Position numbers and translations under genes: made by a program. A stretch of 64,000 nt of DNA from Candidatus Caenarcanales bacterium (GTDB lineage Bacteria > Cyanobacteriota > Vampirovibrionia > Caenarcaniphilales > Caenarcanaceae): positions 13,814 through 77,813 of the forward strand of contig JASJDU010000001.1 in NCBI GenBank assembly GCA_030065015.1, written 5' to 3'. The notes under the pieces were generated by a model. It did not search any database. It had not been told where the DNA came from and saw only the letters and a list, made by a program, of their open reading frames with translations. Of this stretch, positions 29,992-39,995 are shown piece after piece; the stretch's first letter is position 1, and every line of letters begins with the position of its first letter.

Positions 29992-31650
29992 GTGAATCCA
30001 TTTGAAAGCTCGACCTCCTCAACTCTGCTAATTTTCGCTGCAGTAATATTCCTCGGCCTCCTTATAGGAAAAATAAAGCTAAAAGGCATAAGCCTTGGGG
30101 TAGCGGGTGTTTTATTCAGCGGAATTATATTCGGTCACTTTCAAGTTCAAGTAAACAAAGAAATTTTAGAATTCATCAAAGAGTTTGGATTAATTCTCTT
30201 TGTTTACACAATTGGCTTACAGGTTAGTCCTGGGTTTTTCCATTCTCTCAAATCCAGGGGCCTAATACTCAACCTTCTAGGAGGATCAATTGTACTGCTG
30301 GGAGTATTGACAACAATATTAATTCATTTATTCAATGGAGTTGAAATGCCAGTTGCTGTTGGGTTATTCTCAGGAGCAACAACTAACACTCCTTCTCTCG
30401 GAGCTGCTCAACAATTATTACAAAATTTATTCGGTAATAAAAGCACGGAGACAATAATGCCCAGTTTGGGTTATGCAGTATCTTATCCGTTTGGAATAAT
30501 CGGAATTATTGCAACAATAATTTTATTAAAAACCATTTTCAGGATATCTCCAAAAGACGAAGCTGAAAAGTTTTATGAAGAGAATAAACGTACACATGGT
30601 GCTGATCTAGCAAGTACAAGCCTGGTTATCCAAAATAAGAACCTAGAAGGAATTCAACTCCAACAAATTCCTTCTGTTAAAGAATTAGGAATCGCCATTT
30701 CACGAATAAAACATTCTGAGGAAATATATATTGCTAGTCCTGAAACTACGATTCATCTGGGAGATATTATTTATGCAGTCGGGAGAACTGATAAGCTGAA
30801 CGAATTTGAAAAAGTCGTTGGAAAAAAAGCAACTGTAAATCTAACTGAAGAGTCAAGCAAGTTTTCATTCAAAGAAATAATTGTCACAAAAGAGAATATG
30901 GTTGATAAAACCCTCGATGAATTAGGCTTACGCAAGCTCTACGGTGTAATTATTACGAGAGTTTACAGAAACAACTTAAAATTCATACCAAACACCAATC
31001 TCCATCTTCACTACGGCGATGTTTTAAGAGTTGTAGGAGATAGAGATTCTCTGAATAAAGTTGAAAATCTACTTGGCAACTCAACGGAATCTCTTAGGAA
31101 TCCTAAAATAATATTTGTCTTCTTAGGAATCTTTTTGGGTATTCTCTTAGGAAGTGTTCCAATCAACATTCCTGGGCTCAGCGTACCAGTTAAACTTGGA
31201 CTTGCTGGAGGTCCTTTAATTGTTGCAATCTTTATTAGCCGTCTTCCAATAATTGGTTCATTGGTATCCTACTTACCCATCAGTTCTAATTTAGCTCTTA
31301 GGGATCTAGGTATTACTTTATTTCTGGCTTGTGTGGGATTAAAATCAGGCGATAAGTTCCTTTCCACTTTAATTCATGGAGACGGATTCTTGTGGATGTT
31401 TTATGGATGCTTAATAACTTTCATACCTCTTTTGATAATTGGCCTAGCAGCCTGGAAAGTATTCAAAATAAATTATCTTTCAATTTGCGGTCTTCTAGCG
31501 GGTTCAATGACTGACCCACCGGCACTGGCTTACACGGAGACTATTGCCAACTCAAACGCTCCTCTAGTAGCTTACGCCACCGTATATCCATTGGTAATGA
31601 TACTGCGGATAATTTCTGCACAAATCTTAGTTTTAGCTTTCTGCAATTGA
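29992..31650 (+). CDS. YidE/YbjL/AspT-family transporter with two TrkA-C regulatory domains.
   Basis: Duplicated membrane halves flank two central soluble domains ('IHLGDIIYAVG', 'LHYGDVLRVVG'). Confidence 0.65.
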   Translation: MNPFESSTSSTLLIFAAVIFLGLLIGKIKLKGISLGVAGVLFSGIIFGHFQVQVNKEILEFIKEFGLILFVYTIGLQVSPGFFHSLKSRGLILNLLGGSIVLLGVLTTILIHLFNGVEMPVAVGLFSGATTNTPSLGAAQQLLQNLFGNKSTETIMPSLGYAVSYPFGIIGIIATIILLKTIFRISPKDEAEKFYEENKRTHGADLASTSLVIQNKNLEGIQLQQIPSVKELGIAISRIKHSEEIYIASPETTIHLGDIIYAVGRTDKLNEFEKVVGKKATVNLTEESSKFSFKEIIVTKENMVDKTLDELGLRKLYGVIITRVYRNNLKFIPNTNLHLHYGDVLRVVGDRDSLNKVENLLGNSTESLRNPKIIFVFLGIFLGILLGSVPINIPGLSVPVKLGLAGGPLIVAIFISRLPIIGSLVSYLPISSNLALRDLGITLFLACVGLKSGDKFLSTLIHGDGFLWMFYGCLITFIPLLIIGLAAWKVFKINYLSICGLLAGSMTDPPALAYTETIANSNAPLVAYATVYPLVMILRIISAQILVLAFCN

Positions 31651-31729
31651 GTTTAATATTGAGTTTGGTTTCTAGACATTGACGCAGTTGAAAGCTTACT
31701 TAAAAAGCAACTCAGAATTACTTTAAGAA

Positions 31730-32497
31730 TCATTCAAGATTATCTTGATAATAGTCGCAAATCGGTTGAATATAACACTCACCGCACTTTGGTTTTTTAG
31801 GGGCGGTACATACTTTCCGGCCATGCTCGATTAAGCTAACGTGAACTTTGAAAGAGTTACTTCCATCAATTCTAGGCTGAATTAACTTATGCGCCTGCTC
31901 AGGTGAAGTGTTCTCTGGGAAAATCCCTCCAATTCTTTTAAATACCCGATACAAGTGAGTATCAATGGGAAAAGTCCCACGTTGAAAACTAAACATAAGC
32001 AAACAAGAGGCAGACTTGACACCAACTCCTTTAATGGCAGTTATTGCTTTAATTGCCTCTTGATCTGTCATTCTTTTTATAAATTTCAACTCCAAATCCA
32101 ACCAATTATTCTCTTTTAAGTAATGAAGTGTATTTAAAATATATTGAGCTTTTGTAGGGGCTAAACCACAAATCTTAATGCTAGATGTCAGCTTCTTTAA
32201 ATCATTCTCTTTCAATATCTCTTCATAACTTTTATAGGCTCTCATTAAATCAGCAAAAGCTCTATCAGCCAAAAGATCAGTCGTTGACTGATTCAATATG
32301 AGCAAAATAAGTAAATCTAAAGGCTTATGGCTGGTATTTCTTTCTTCTCTGACCACATTGTTATTTCTTAAGACAAGGTCAACCAAGACATCAAACTTAT
32401 CTCTCTGAAAATCCTTCGAATCACTATGTTTGTATTCAGAAGAGGACTTATCAATCTTTTTAGAGATCGATTTTGTGAAGTGGTGTGAAGATGTCAT
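31730..32497 (-). CDS. HhH-GPD DNA glycosylase (endonuclease III-like) with a C-terminal Fe-S loop.
   Basis: 'IKGVGVKSASCLLMFSF' HhH-GPD motif; catalytic D in 'PIDTHLYRV'; C-x7-C-x2-C-x5-C near the C-terminus. Confidence 0.7.
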   Translation of the reverse strand: MTSSHHFTKSISKKIDKSSSEYKHSDSKDFQRDKFDVLVDLVLRNNNVVREERNTSHKPLDLLILLILNQSTTDLLADRAFADLMRAYKSYEEILKENDLKKLTSSIKICGLAPTKAQYILNTLHYLKENNWLDLELKFIKRMTDQEAIKAITAIKGVGVKSASCLLMFSFQRGTFPIDTHLYRVFKRIGGIFPENTSPEQAHKLIQPRIDGSNSFKVHVSLIEHGRKVCTAPKKPKCGECYIQPICDYYQDNLE

Positions 32498-33291
32498 TCT
32501 CTGTAAACCGATAAAACATTCAGTCCTGTTTTTTCTCTAAGAGTAGTTTCGACATAATTAGCTTCTTCCGGAGTAATTACTCTTAAAGTTCTAGTCTCAT
32601 ATTCTTTATAACTACTGTGATTACCACGACTATCTCGGTGCCAAGATAATGGATATGGCCTTTTAGGAGTATTCAGCTGAACAACATCGGGTTGAATGAG
32701 TTTCAAAACTTCTGCCAGCGACTCGACTTGTTTTATATTCAATGGCATGAACATCATTTGAACATCCAATTCACCAGAATAAGTCTTTTTAAATTCTTGA
32801 ATCCCCTCAATTATGAGATCTAAAGTAATATTTCCAGCGGGCCTATTCATTTGGTGAAGTGTCTGCTCGTCTGATGCATCAAGTTTGACAATTACCCGGT
32901 CCATCACTTGCAAGTCCTTCTGCACCTCTTGGAGTTTAAGCATTGTTGAATTAGTTAGAACTAAAAGTGGTATTTCTGGTTTCAGTTTTTTTATTTCTCT
33001 TCCGATTTCACCCAAGTTCGCAGCAATAGTAGGCTCACCACTTCCAGAGAATGTTATAACGTCAAATTCAACTCCAAACTCAAGCAGTTCATTAAAGTCA
33101 TCAATGACTTTTTCCGTGGGAACATAAACTTTCCTCTCGGAGGTAACTCTTTGAATATTTCCAAGCTGACAGTATATACAATTAAAAGAGCAAGTAGAAA
33201 TTTCAAATATTGGATCTATACCCAAAGATTGGCCAAAGCGCCACGACTTAACGGGCCCATAGACGGCTTTTTCATTTTGTAAACTCTTCAC
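32494..33291 (-). CDS. Radical SAM enzyme (COG0731-like).
   Basis: 'YGPVKSWRFGQSLGI' then 'CSFNCIYC' (Cx3Cx2C), 'SGSGEPT'. 4-nt overlap with the glycosylase gene. Confidence 0.7.
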   Translation of the reverse strand: MKSLQNEKAVYGPVKSWRFGQSLGIDPIFEISTCSFNCIYCQLGNIQRVTSERKVYVPTEKVIDDFNELLEFGVEFDVITFSGSGEPTIAANLGEIGREIKKLKPEIPLLVLTNSTMLKLQEVQKDLQVMDRVIVKLDASDEQTLHQMNRPAGNITLDLIIEGIQEFKKTYSGELDVQMMFMPLNIKQVESLAEVLKLIQPDVVQLNTPKRPYPLSWHRDSRGNHSSYKEYETRTLRVITPEEANYVETTLREKTGLNVLSVYRE

Positions 33292-33409
33292 AACTCTTTA
33301 CGCTCCATCAAGAGAATAACAAATAGAGTAAGAACTTATTAAAAAAATTAAAGATTATTAACTGCTTGTAAAAACATATAAATTTTCACACTTCTATCAG
33401 TATGGACTG

Positions 33410-33874
33410 TTGATAAGTAGGTTGAAAATTGTGAACTTAGAAAATTATCCACGATTTGTACCCAACCTTAGAGAAGTTAAAGATTACTTTTACAATAATG
33501 ACTCTAGAGAGCTTGGAGATTATAAAAAAACATTTTCTTTTGCAGGACTAAATTCACCTTCTGACATTGACGGAATTACAAGTGATCACCACGATGCCGT
33601 CTTAGCTTATAGATATGGACTCAACAATGACTCCTCTGATGCTTCGCCAGAAGAACAAGCAGAAGCTTTTATCAAGTTTCATAAAGATCTTCAAAAGCGA
33701 GATTCTCTAACCATTGGTAAGTGGTTTACAAGAAATCCAAATCTTACAAATGGAACGGTCATTTCTTTCAATGAAATTGTTCACAGACCCTTCACTTCAT
33801 CAGGAAACATAAATGAAGACTCAGTAGAAGTATTAATATTGAAAGAGCTCAGCTTTACAATTGATTCATCTTAA
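33410..33874 (+). CDS. Hypothetical protein.
   Basis: 154-aa ORF with no recognisable motifs. Confidence 0.3.
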   Translation: MISRLKIVNLENYPRFVPNLREVKDYFYNNDSRELGDYKKTFSFAGLNSPSDIDGITSDHHDAVLAYRYGLNNDSSDASPEEQAEAFIKFHKDLQKRDSLTIGKWFTRNPNLTNGTVISFNEIVHRPFTSSGNINEDSVEVLILKELSFTIDSS

Positions 33875-33897
33875 AATTACTGAGAAATCCAATAATT

Positions 33898-34710
33898 TCA
33901 ACTCTTTTTGCTCATAAGATTAACTATCATCTCCTGAGGCAACCATCTGCTAACTAATCTCAACAAGTTAGACTTCTTCCCAATTGGAATTTCTCTAAAA
34001 GCTCCGAGCTTTTCCTTATGTTTTTCTAAAATAACACCTTTAACCAAATTGCTGACCAAAAGAGGATCTTCTCTTGAAGGAAAAAGTCCAGAACGAGCTT
34101 TTTGATAACTTTCGTCCTCCCCCATTCTGATAACAGATTCTCGAAAGCTTGTCTCAAAAGGACCGGGTTCCACTAAAACAACAGAGAGTTTTCTATTTTT
34201 ATTCTCTATTGCCAGACTCATACTGAGAGTATTCAAAGCAGCCTTACTACTTGAATAAACTCCAAAGCCAGGAAGGCCAAAATAGCTTGCAATTGAACTA
34301 ATGTTAATTATCAAACCACCCTTTTCGGACTGATTCAACAAAGACAAAAACTGTTTACTTATTTCTATTGGGGCAAAAGTATTAGTTTCAAACTGACGCT
34401 GTATTTGAGAATGATCGACCTCATCAACTCTACCCATCAGGCCATATCCAGCATTATTAATTAAAACATCAAGCTTACCGTTTTCTTCATGGTCAATTAT
34501 CTTATGTACTGTGTCAAGCTCGGTAGAATTAACAACATCAAATTTCAGAACATGCAAGTTTCGGTACTTATTTGTTAAATTGAGCAAGCTTTGTGCATTA
34601 GCTAAATCTCTTGTAGTTGCATAAACCTTGTGTCCATCTTTAGCTAGCTCCTCAGCAAAAAGCAATCCAAAGCCTTTACTACACCCTGTAATTAAAATAC
34701 TTTTCTTCAT
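33898..34710 (-). CDS. Short-chain dehydrogenase/reductase (SDR).
   Basis: 'ILITGCSKGFGL' Rossmann motif, 'NNAG', catalytic 'YSSSKAAL'. Confidence 0.8.
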   Translation of the reverse strand: MKKSILITGCSKGFGLLFAEELAKDGHKVYATTRDLANAQSLLNLTNKYRNLHVLKFDVVNSTELDTVHKIIDHEENGKLDVLINNAGYGLMGRVDEVDHSQIQRQFETNTFAPIEISKQFLSLLNQSEKGGLIINISSIASYFGLPGFGVYSSSKAALNTLSMSLAIENKNRKLSVVLVEPGPFETSFRESVIRMGEDESYQKARSGLFPSREDPLLVSNLVKGVILEKHKEKLGAFREIPIGKKSNLLRLVSRWLPQEMIVNLMSKKS

Positions 34711-34746
34711 CTCAATTTAAAGAATTCCACAGGGTCAAATTGTAAA

Positions 34747-35484
34747 TTATTTCAAAGGAGTTAGAGGAAGACTCTTAACAAGCTGAGATAGTTTGCGCAA
34801 TGCTTCTTTCGCAGCAGCTTGACCTGCATCTTTTTTAGAAGGACCGCTACCAATACCCAACACTTTACCTTTAAGACTAACCTCCACTTCAAATAAGGGC
34901 TTATGCGCTGGCCCTAAAGCTTTGGCAACATTATAATCCGGGAGTCCCATCTGTCTACTTTGAGTGAATTCCTGAAGTGCTGCTTTATAGTTACCTTTCA
35001 AGTCGCTGGCATCAGCTTCCAAAATAATATCTTTATAAAGCTCAATTATTACTTCTCCAGCCATTGTAAAGCCAAAACTAATATAGGATGCACCGATTAA
35101 AGATTCCATAATATCGGGAAGTACCGCATCTTTCCCTATTCTTCGACCAACTTTGACGTATTCCTCTATACCAAGGCTGAGCGCTATTCTTTTCAAAGTC
35201 TTATCACTCAATAAAAAGGCACTTAATTTGGTTAATTGTCCAGAATTATAATTTGGAAATAATCTATAGAGGTGTTCATTGAGAACGAGTTTTAGTACAG
35301 AATCACCAAGGAATTCAAGACGATCGTATTGCTCCTGTTGATATTCTAGGCTATCCGAGGGAATGTCTTTAACAAAAGATTTATGAGTTACAGCTTGGAG
35401 GAAGAGCTTTTTTATGAATTGTCTTCTGGTCTTAGGCAAACCTAAAGTTTTAAGAAGCTTATCAAATTTGAAACTATCTTCCAA
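34747..35484 (-). CDS. rnc: Ribonuclease III.
   Basis: 'ERLEFLGDSVL' signature; C-terminal dsRBD with 'GSGPSKKDAGQAAAKEAL'. Confidence 0.85.
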   Translation of the reverse strand: MEDSFKFDKLLKTLGLPKTRRQFIKKLFLQAVTHKSFVKDIPSDSLEYQQEQYDRLEFLGDSVLKLVLNEHLYRLFPNYNSGQLTKLSAFLLSDKTLKRIALSLGIEEYVKVGRRIGKDAVLPDIMESLIGASYISFGFTMAGEVIIELYKDIILEADASDLKGNYKAALQEFTQSRQMGLPDYNVAKALGPAHKPLFEVEVSLKGKVLGIGSGPSKKDAGQAAAKEALRKLSQLVKSLPLTPLK

Positions 35485-35542
35485 TTTATTGTTATAAAAA
35501 GCTAAAGCAATAAAAAAATAATATCAATAAAATCAAGGTAAG

Positions 35543-36355
35543 TTGAGAATGGATTTTCAAGGCACAAAAGTCTTAATAACCGGAGCTTCAGGCGAAATTG
35601 GTTCTGCAATTGCTAGACATCTTGCAAAAGAAGGTGCTGACATTTTCTTGCAGTTCAACACAAAACAAACGGTAATTGACAATCTCGCCTCTCAACTCAA
35701 GAGAATACAATCACAGAAAAAATCTTTCGAAAGAAATTCTTCGGTCCATTCTTATCAAAGTAATTTAATTAACCCCAGTAATCAAGATTCACCGCAGGAA
35801 ACCTCAAATAGACAAACTTCATTTGATCAAACTGAAAGTAGAAAATTAATAGAAACAATTATTGCAGAGCATGGAGGTCTAGATATTTTAATTAACTGTA
35901 TTGGAGATTTTTCAATTAAACCACTTACTGAACTTAGTTCCGAAGAATTCAAACACGTTCTAGATTCAAATCTAAGCATAGCTTTCGACTTATCTCAAGC
36001 AGCTTTAAAAGGTATGAAGAGACAAAAAAATGGAAAGATCTTACACTTTGGCTATGCAAACGCAAGCTCAATCGAAGCAAAGCCCAACATTCTTCCTTAT
36101 CACATTGCAAAAATGGGCTTAATTCTTCTAACCAAATCTTTTGCACAAATAGGATCTCCTGACAATGTATTCGTTAATTGCATCTCTCCAGGAGTTGTAG
36201 AATCATCCCAGTATTGGCCAACAACTCAAACAAATTTAGGAAGACCCATAAAGATCAATGAATTAATTGAAGCTACAACATTTTTATTAAAATCCGACTA
36301 CTTAAATGGAGTGAACCTAGAACTTGACAGTGGATGGAGAAAAGAGTTCAGTTAA
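35543..36355 (+). CDS. SDR-family oxidoreductase (FabG-like) carrying a ~60-aa low-complexity insertion.
   Basis: 'VLITGASGEIGSAIA', 'NCIG', 'YHIAK'. An S/N/Q-rich insert 'QSQKKSFERNSSVHSYQSNLINPSNQDSPQETSNRQTSFDQTESRK' sits between Rossmann elements. Confidence 0.7.
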   Translation: MRMDFQGTKVLITGASGEIGSAIARHLAKEGADIFLQFNTKQTVIDNLASQLKRIQSQKKSFERNSSVHSYQSNLINPSNQDSPQETSNRQTSFDQTESRKLIETIIAEHGGLDILINCIGDFSIKPLTELSSEEFKHVLDSNLSIAFDLSQAALKGMKRQKNGKILHFGYANASSIEAKPNILPYHIAKMGLILLTKSFAQIGSPDNVFVNCISPGVVESSQYWPTTQTNLGRPIKINELIEATTFLLKSDYLNGVNLELDSGWRKEFS

Positions 36356-36364
36356 AATATCTAC

Positions 36365-36901
36365 ATGAAAACAATAATTTTTTCTTGTTCTGAAAGAAGC
36401 GAGAACTTATCCTTAAGATCCTCTAAAGCTATTCAGGCATACATTAAAGATTCCACAATAATTGACTTAAGTGAATATCATTTGAATATTTATGGAACAC
36501 AAAACGATCAGACTCAGAAAAATCTCGCTCATTTAAAAAATGAGTTCAAAGCAGCAAAACAAATTATTTTTGTTTCACCTGAGTACAATTGGGGACTTTC
36601 ACCAAATGCAAAAAATTTAATTGACTTTTTGAGTGGAGACTCAAGTATTTGGAATGAAAAAGTCTTTATGTGCTTTGGCTGTTCAGCCGGAAGAGGTGGA
36701 CGTTTGCCTATTATCGAATTATGGAAAACCCTAAATAAAATAATTGCACTGTCAAATTCAATATCGATTGTCAGCCCCTACCATATTGAAATAACAGCTA
36801 ACCTGCTAGATGAATCGAACGAATTTGTTAATGAGTTCAAAGAAATAGCGAGACTAATTTTTGAAAATCAAGCAAAGTTATTAGAAAGATTCGACTCTTA
36901 A
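36365..36901 (+). CDS. NAD(P)H-dependent FMN reductase-like flavoprotein.
   Basis: 'IIFVSPEYNWGLSP' matches the FMN_red family motif. ~178 aa. Confidence 0.6.
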   Translation: MKTIIFSCSERSENLSLRSSKAIQAYIKDSTIIDLSEYHLNIYGTQNDQTQKNLAHLKNEFKAAKQIIFVSPEYNWGLSPNAKNLIDFLSGDSSIWNEKVFMCFGCSAGRGGRLPIIELWKTLNKIIALSNSISIVSPYHIEITANLLDESNEFVNEFKEIARLIFENQAKLLERFDS

Positions 36902-36929
36902 GTTATTCAATCTTCCCCCACCTGATTAA

Positions 36930-38669
36930 TTAGGATTCTTTGTAAATTGGAAGGGTAAAATAAAATTTACTTCCGACTCCCAGTTTACTTTCCACCCAAA
37001 TCGTTCCTCCGTGAGCTTCAATCAGCTGTTTAGAAATTGATAAACCCAAGCCGGTACCTTTTATATTTATGTGAGTCTCTCTTTCAACCCGATAAAATTC
37101 CTGAAACAATTTGGGAATACTTTCTTCCGGGATTCCCAATCCTTCGTCAGCAATACACACTGTAATTAAATCTTGGCTGAAAGTAACAAAAATTTGCACT
37201 TGTCCACCGTTGGGAGAATATTTAATTGCATTGGAAACAAAATTCCTCAGGACCTGCTCTATTTTACTTTTATCACCCTTAATCATTGGAAGGTTTTGAG
37301 GAACGCTGGTTTTTATATCGATTCCTGAGGAATATCCTTGAAAAGAAGCTGTTATATATTTCAAGACTTCATTGAAGTTCAATGGCTCAATTTTTAAATC
37401 AACCCGTCCGGATTCAAGTCGCTGCATATCCAAGAATTCATCCAATAAGTCCTTCATCCGGACGGATTCAGTATAAATGGTCGTCAAAAATTCCTTAATC
37501 TGTTCCGGTTCAAAATCACCGTTCAGTAGAAGCTCTGTAAATCCTAAAAGACTCGATAGAGGTGTTCTAAGCTCGTGGCTCACCATACTCATAAGTTTGT
37601 TTTTAATTTGAGCCATCTCCTCAGCTTGTTTTTTCAATTGATCGCTAGCAACTTTACTGGCTTTCCAAGTTGAACTTTCGTGCTGTAAGGCTTCCTCTTT
37701 TGCACTGAGATACTGAATTATTCCTTGAAGCTCTTGCTTAGCCAATTGCAAAGTTCTAATTGTTTTGGCTTGTTCTTCAACAATTCCTTTTACTGCATTA
37801 AACTCTTCTAAAGATTTTGATTTTAAGTTAATTGCATCGTGCATCAAGACTTCGGCATCTTGCCTATCCTGAATCTTTATCACATTTAAATAATCACACC
37901 AATCACGAAACTTTCTCTTCAAATAATCATAGGCTTGATTTCTTCCAGTTCCAAATAGTCCAGTTTGAGTGGGACTCTTTTCTCCTCCCTCCCAAAAGAT
38001 TGAGTACTCAAATCCATATTCTCTAGTATCCTCAACTTCATATCTTCCTCCAGCTTTGATCTTAATATTTCTAACTCCCCAAAAATTATGCAAAGCCTTT
38101 ACTAAATGGGTTTCTTGCTGATCGTAAGCAATTTCTTTCCAACCCGGTATATGCCTTATGGATTTGGGGTAGATAATATCCAATTCGGTTCCATTCTCCG
38201 CCAATGCTTTAAAGAGTATCCTGGCACCAAACAAACCGGGTTTCAGAACCACTCCTCCCAAACAATCCAACACATCAACCGGAAGAATACCTTTTGGAGG
38301 AGGTATGAATACTTGGCTTGTTGCTTCTTTCGTATGATTTGGCCCAGCAATACTTCTACAAATACAAGCGACCGCAAAAGCAAATTCCGCCGAATAATTA
38401 TTCCAACGACTCAATAGAAATTCTTCGCTCAACAAAGCTCCATGAGCTGGAGATAAAATTTTTTGCAGCTCGGTAATTAGCAAATCAACCGGATGAATTG
38501 TTTCTCTCGTAATCGGACTTGCTACAACACCTTTATCTTTTAAGACCTTAACCGCAGCACTAATCCAGTTACCACTAACCTCTGCAATGTCATCGCCCAA
38601 CACATTAGACCCAAAGGGAGTCTGCGTCAGCATATTCAATTCGAAAGTTAGTACTGATTCTTCGGACAA
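36930..38669 (-). CDS. Cytoplasmic sensor histidine kinase with an unassigned ~330-aa N-terminal domain.
   Basis: Coiled coil, then HisKA 'MVSHELRTPLSSLLGF' and HATPase 'GTGLGLSISKQLIEAHGG'. No clear TM helices. No response-regulator gene adjacent. Confidence 0.8.
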   Translation of the reverse strand: MSEESVLTFELNMLTQTPFGSNVLGDDIAEVSGNWISAAVKVLKDKGVVASPITRETIHPVDLLITELQKILSPAHGALLSEEFLLSRWNNYSAEFAFAVACICRSIAGPNHTKEATSQVFIPPPKGILPVDVLDCLGGVVLKPGLFGARILFKALAENGTELDIIYPKSIRHIPGWKEIAYDQQETHLVKALHNFWGVRNIKIKAGGRYEVEDTREYGFEYSIFWEGGEKSPTQTGLFGTGRNQAYDYLKRKFRDWCDYLNVIKIQDRQDAEVLMHDAINLKSKSLEEFNAVKGIVEEQAKTIRTLQLAKQELQGIIQYLSAKEEALQHESSTWKASKVASDQLKKQAEEMAQIKNKLMSMVSHELRTPLSSLLGFTELLLNGDFEPEQIKEFLTTIYTESVRMKDLLDEFLDMQRLESGRVDLKIEPLNFNEVLKYITASFQGYSSGIDIKTSVPQNLPMIKGDKSKIEQVLRNFVSNAIKYSPNGGQVQIFVTFSQDLITVCIADEGLGIPEESIPKLFQEFYRVERETHINIKGTGLGLSISKQLIEAHGGTIWVESKLGVGSKFYFTLPIYKES

Positions 38670-38882
38670 AGTTATAAGGAAGATATTAATTGCCTATTCA
38701 TTAATATCTTCCCGTTGCAAAATACAACTAAATCATTTGAATGAGGTATGTAATGTTCAATATAAGTAACAAAAGTTATTTCTCCGAAACAGAGAACCGT
38801 TTACGATTCTTGAAAATTTTATAGCCTAATATTAGTGGTCTTCGATATACTTATTAATTCTCGAAACTCTATTCCAATTCAT

Positions 38883-38969
38883 GGAGAGGTGCCAGAGTGG
38901 TTGAATGGACCGGTCTTGAAAACCGGCATACCCGCAAGGGTATCGTGGGTTCGAATCCCACCCTCTCCG
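38883..38969 (+). tRNA. tRNA-Ser (anticodon UGA) with a long variable arm.
   Basis: Acceptor GGAGAGG/CCTCTCC, D-arm 'GCCAGAGTGGTTGAATGGAC', anticodon loop 'CTTGAAA', extended variable arm 'GCATACCCGCAAGGGTATC', T-arm 'GTGGGTTCGAATCCCAC'. CCA is not encoded. Confidence 0.85.
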
Positions 38970-39049
38970 AAGTCTTACGAAAAATCAGATAAAGCTATCT
39001 ATAAAAACGACTTTTGATTCAAAGCAAATTGTTTGAAAACTATTTAATT

Positions 39050-39373
39050 TCATTGATGAAGAACTTTTATTAGCTTGGATTTCAGAGGAGGAATGTCAAC
39101 TCGTAGAATTTTGGAGACAATATCTAGATCAATTTCAAAATATTGATGTACCAAAAAGTTTCTAAATGCAATAATTTCTGACCAGCTCACAGAAGCTTGT
39201 TTTTCTTTGAATTCTTGCGATAAAGATCTGCAAGACTCACCAATACACTGCAGATAATGAATCATTGCAGCTTGAAGGACTTCATCTCTTATAAATTGAT
39301 TTTCATCATAATACTTCTCAATCTTATTAATATTTTCGAGAATATCCCGAATTTTTTCCAAATCATCCCTCAT
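39050..39373 (-). CDS. hepT: HepT-like (DUF86) RNase toxin of a HepT/MNT toxin-antitoxin pair.
   Basis: 'FRNFLVHQYFEID' matches the R-x4-H-x-Y catalytic motif. 107 aa. Overlaps the upstream mntA by 4 nt. Confidence 0.8.
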   Translation of the reverse strand: MRDDLEKIRDILENINKIEKYYDENQFIRDEVLQAAMIHYLQCIGESCRSLSQEFKEKQASVSWSEIIAFRNFLVHQYFEIDLDIVSKILRVDIPPLKSKLIKVLHQ

Positions 39374-39660
39374 AAAGGGATAGACTCATTAATCACTCTA
39401 TTTCTAATTCTCTCCTTCAAACCATTTATGGTTGCAACATCCACTGTTAAACCAAGCAATTCTTCTAAATCTTTTATTAATCCCCCCGGAAACCAAGGAG
39501 ATATATTGTCTCCATAATCCACCAAGAGATCTATGTCACTGGTCTCGGAAGCTTCTCCCCTGGAAACAGAACCAAAAATACGAATATTATAAGCTCCATG
39601 TTTGCTTGCAATATCTAGAATCTCTGCTCTTTTATTATTTATTAGTTCATAGATATTCAT
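39370..39660 (-). CDS. mntA: MNT-type minimal nucleotidyltransferase antitoxin.
   Basis: 'IFGSVSRGEASETSDIDLLVDY' (GS-x9-13-DxD). 96 aa. Confidence 0.85.
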   Translation of the reverse strand: MNIYELINNKRAEILDIASKHGAYNIRIFGSVSRGEASETSDIDLLVDYGDNISPWFPGGLIKDLEELLGLTVDVATINGLKERIRNRVINESIPL

Positions 39661-39995
39661 TATTTATATGGTTTATCTTTTATCTCACAAACTATTTTAC
39701 CCTTTCACGCTGTCCTTAATTAACTAGATAAACCTGTCCTGCAACTAGTAGAAAAGTAGTGAAAATCTTTTTGTTAAGAAGAAGCTTACAAAAGATCAAA
39801 GTAAAATTAAATGTACCCACTTTCTAAATGAGGGATTACCCGAAGGGTTTAATATGTAGATATAAAAGAATGCACGATTAGGTTTTCTTAATCGCCATTT
39901 AAGATAAAGGGGTTATTTTGTAAACAAGTAGAGAGAACCCAAAGTCAAAAAGGGTTTATGTAATGGGTTTTCTTGTTTGAAAGCGGGGTTTTATT

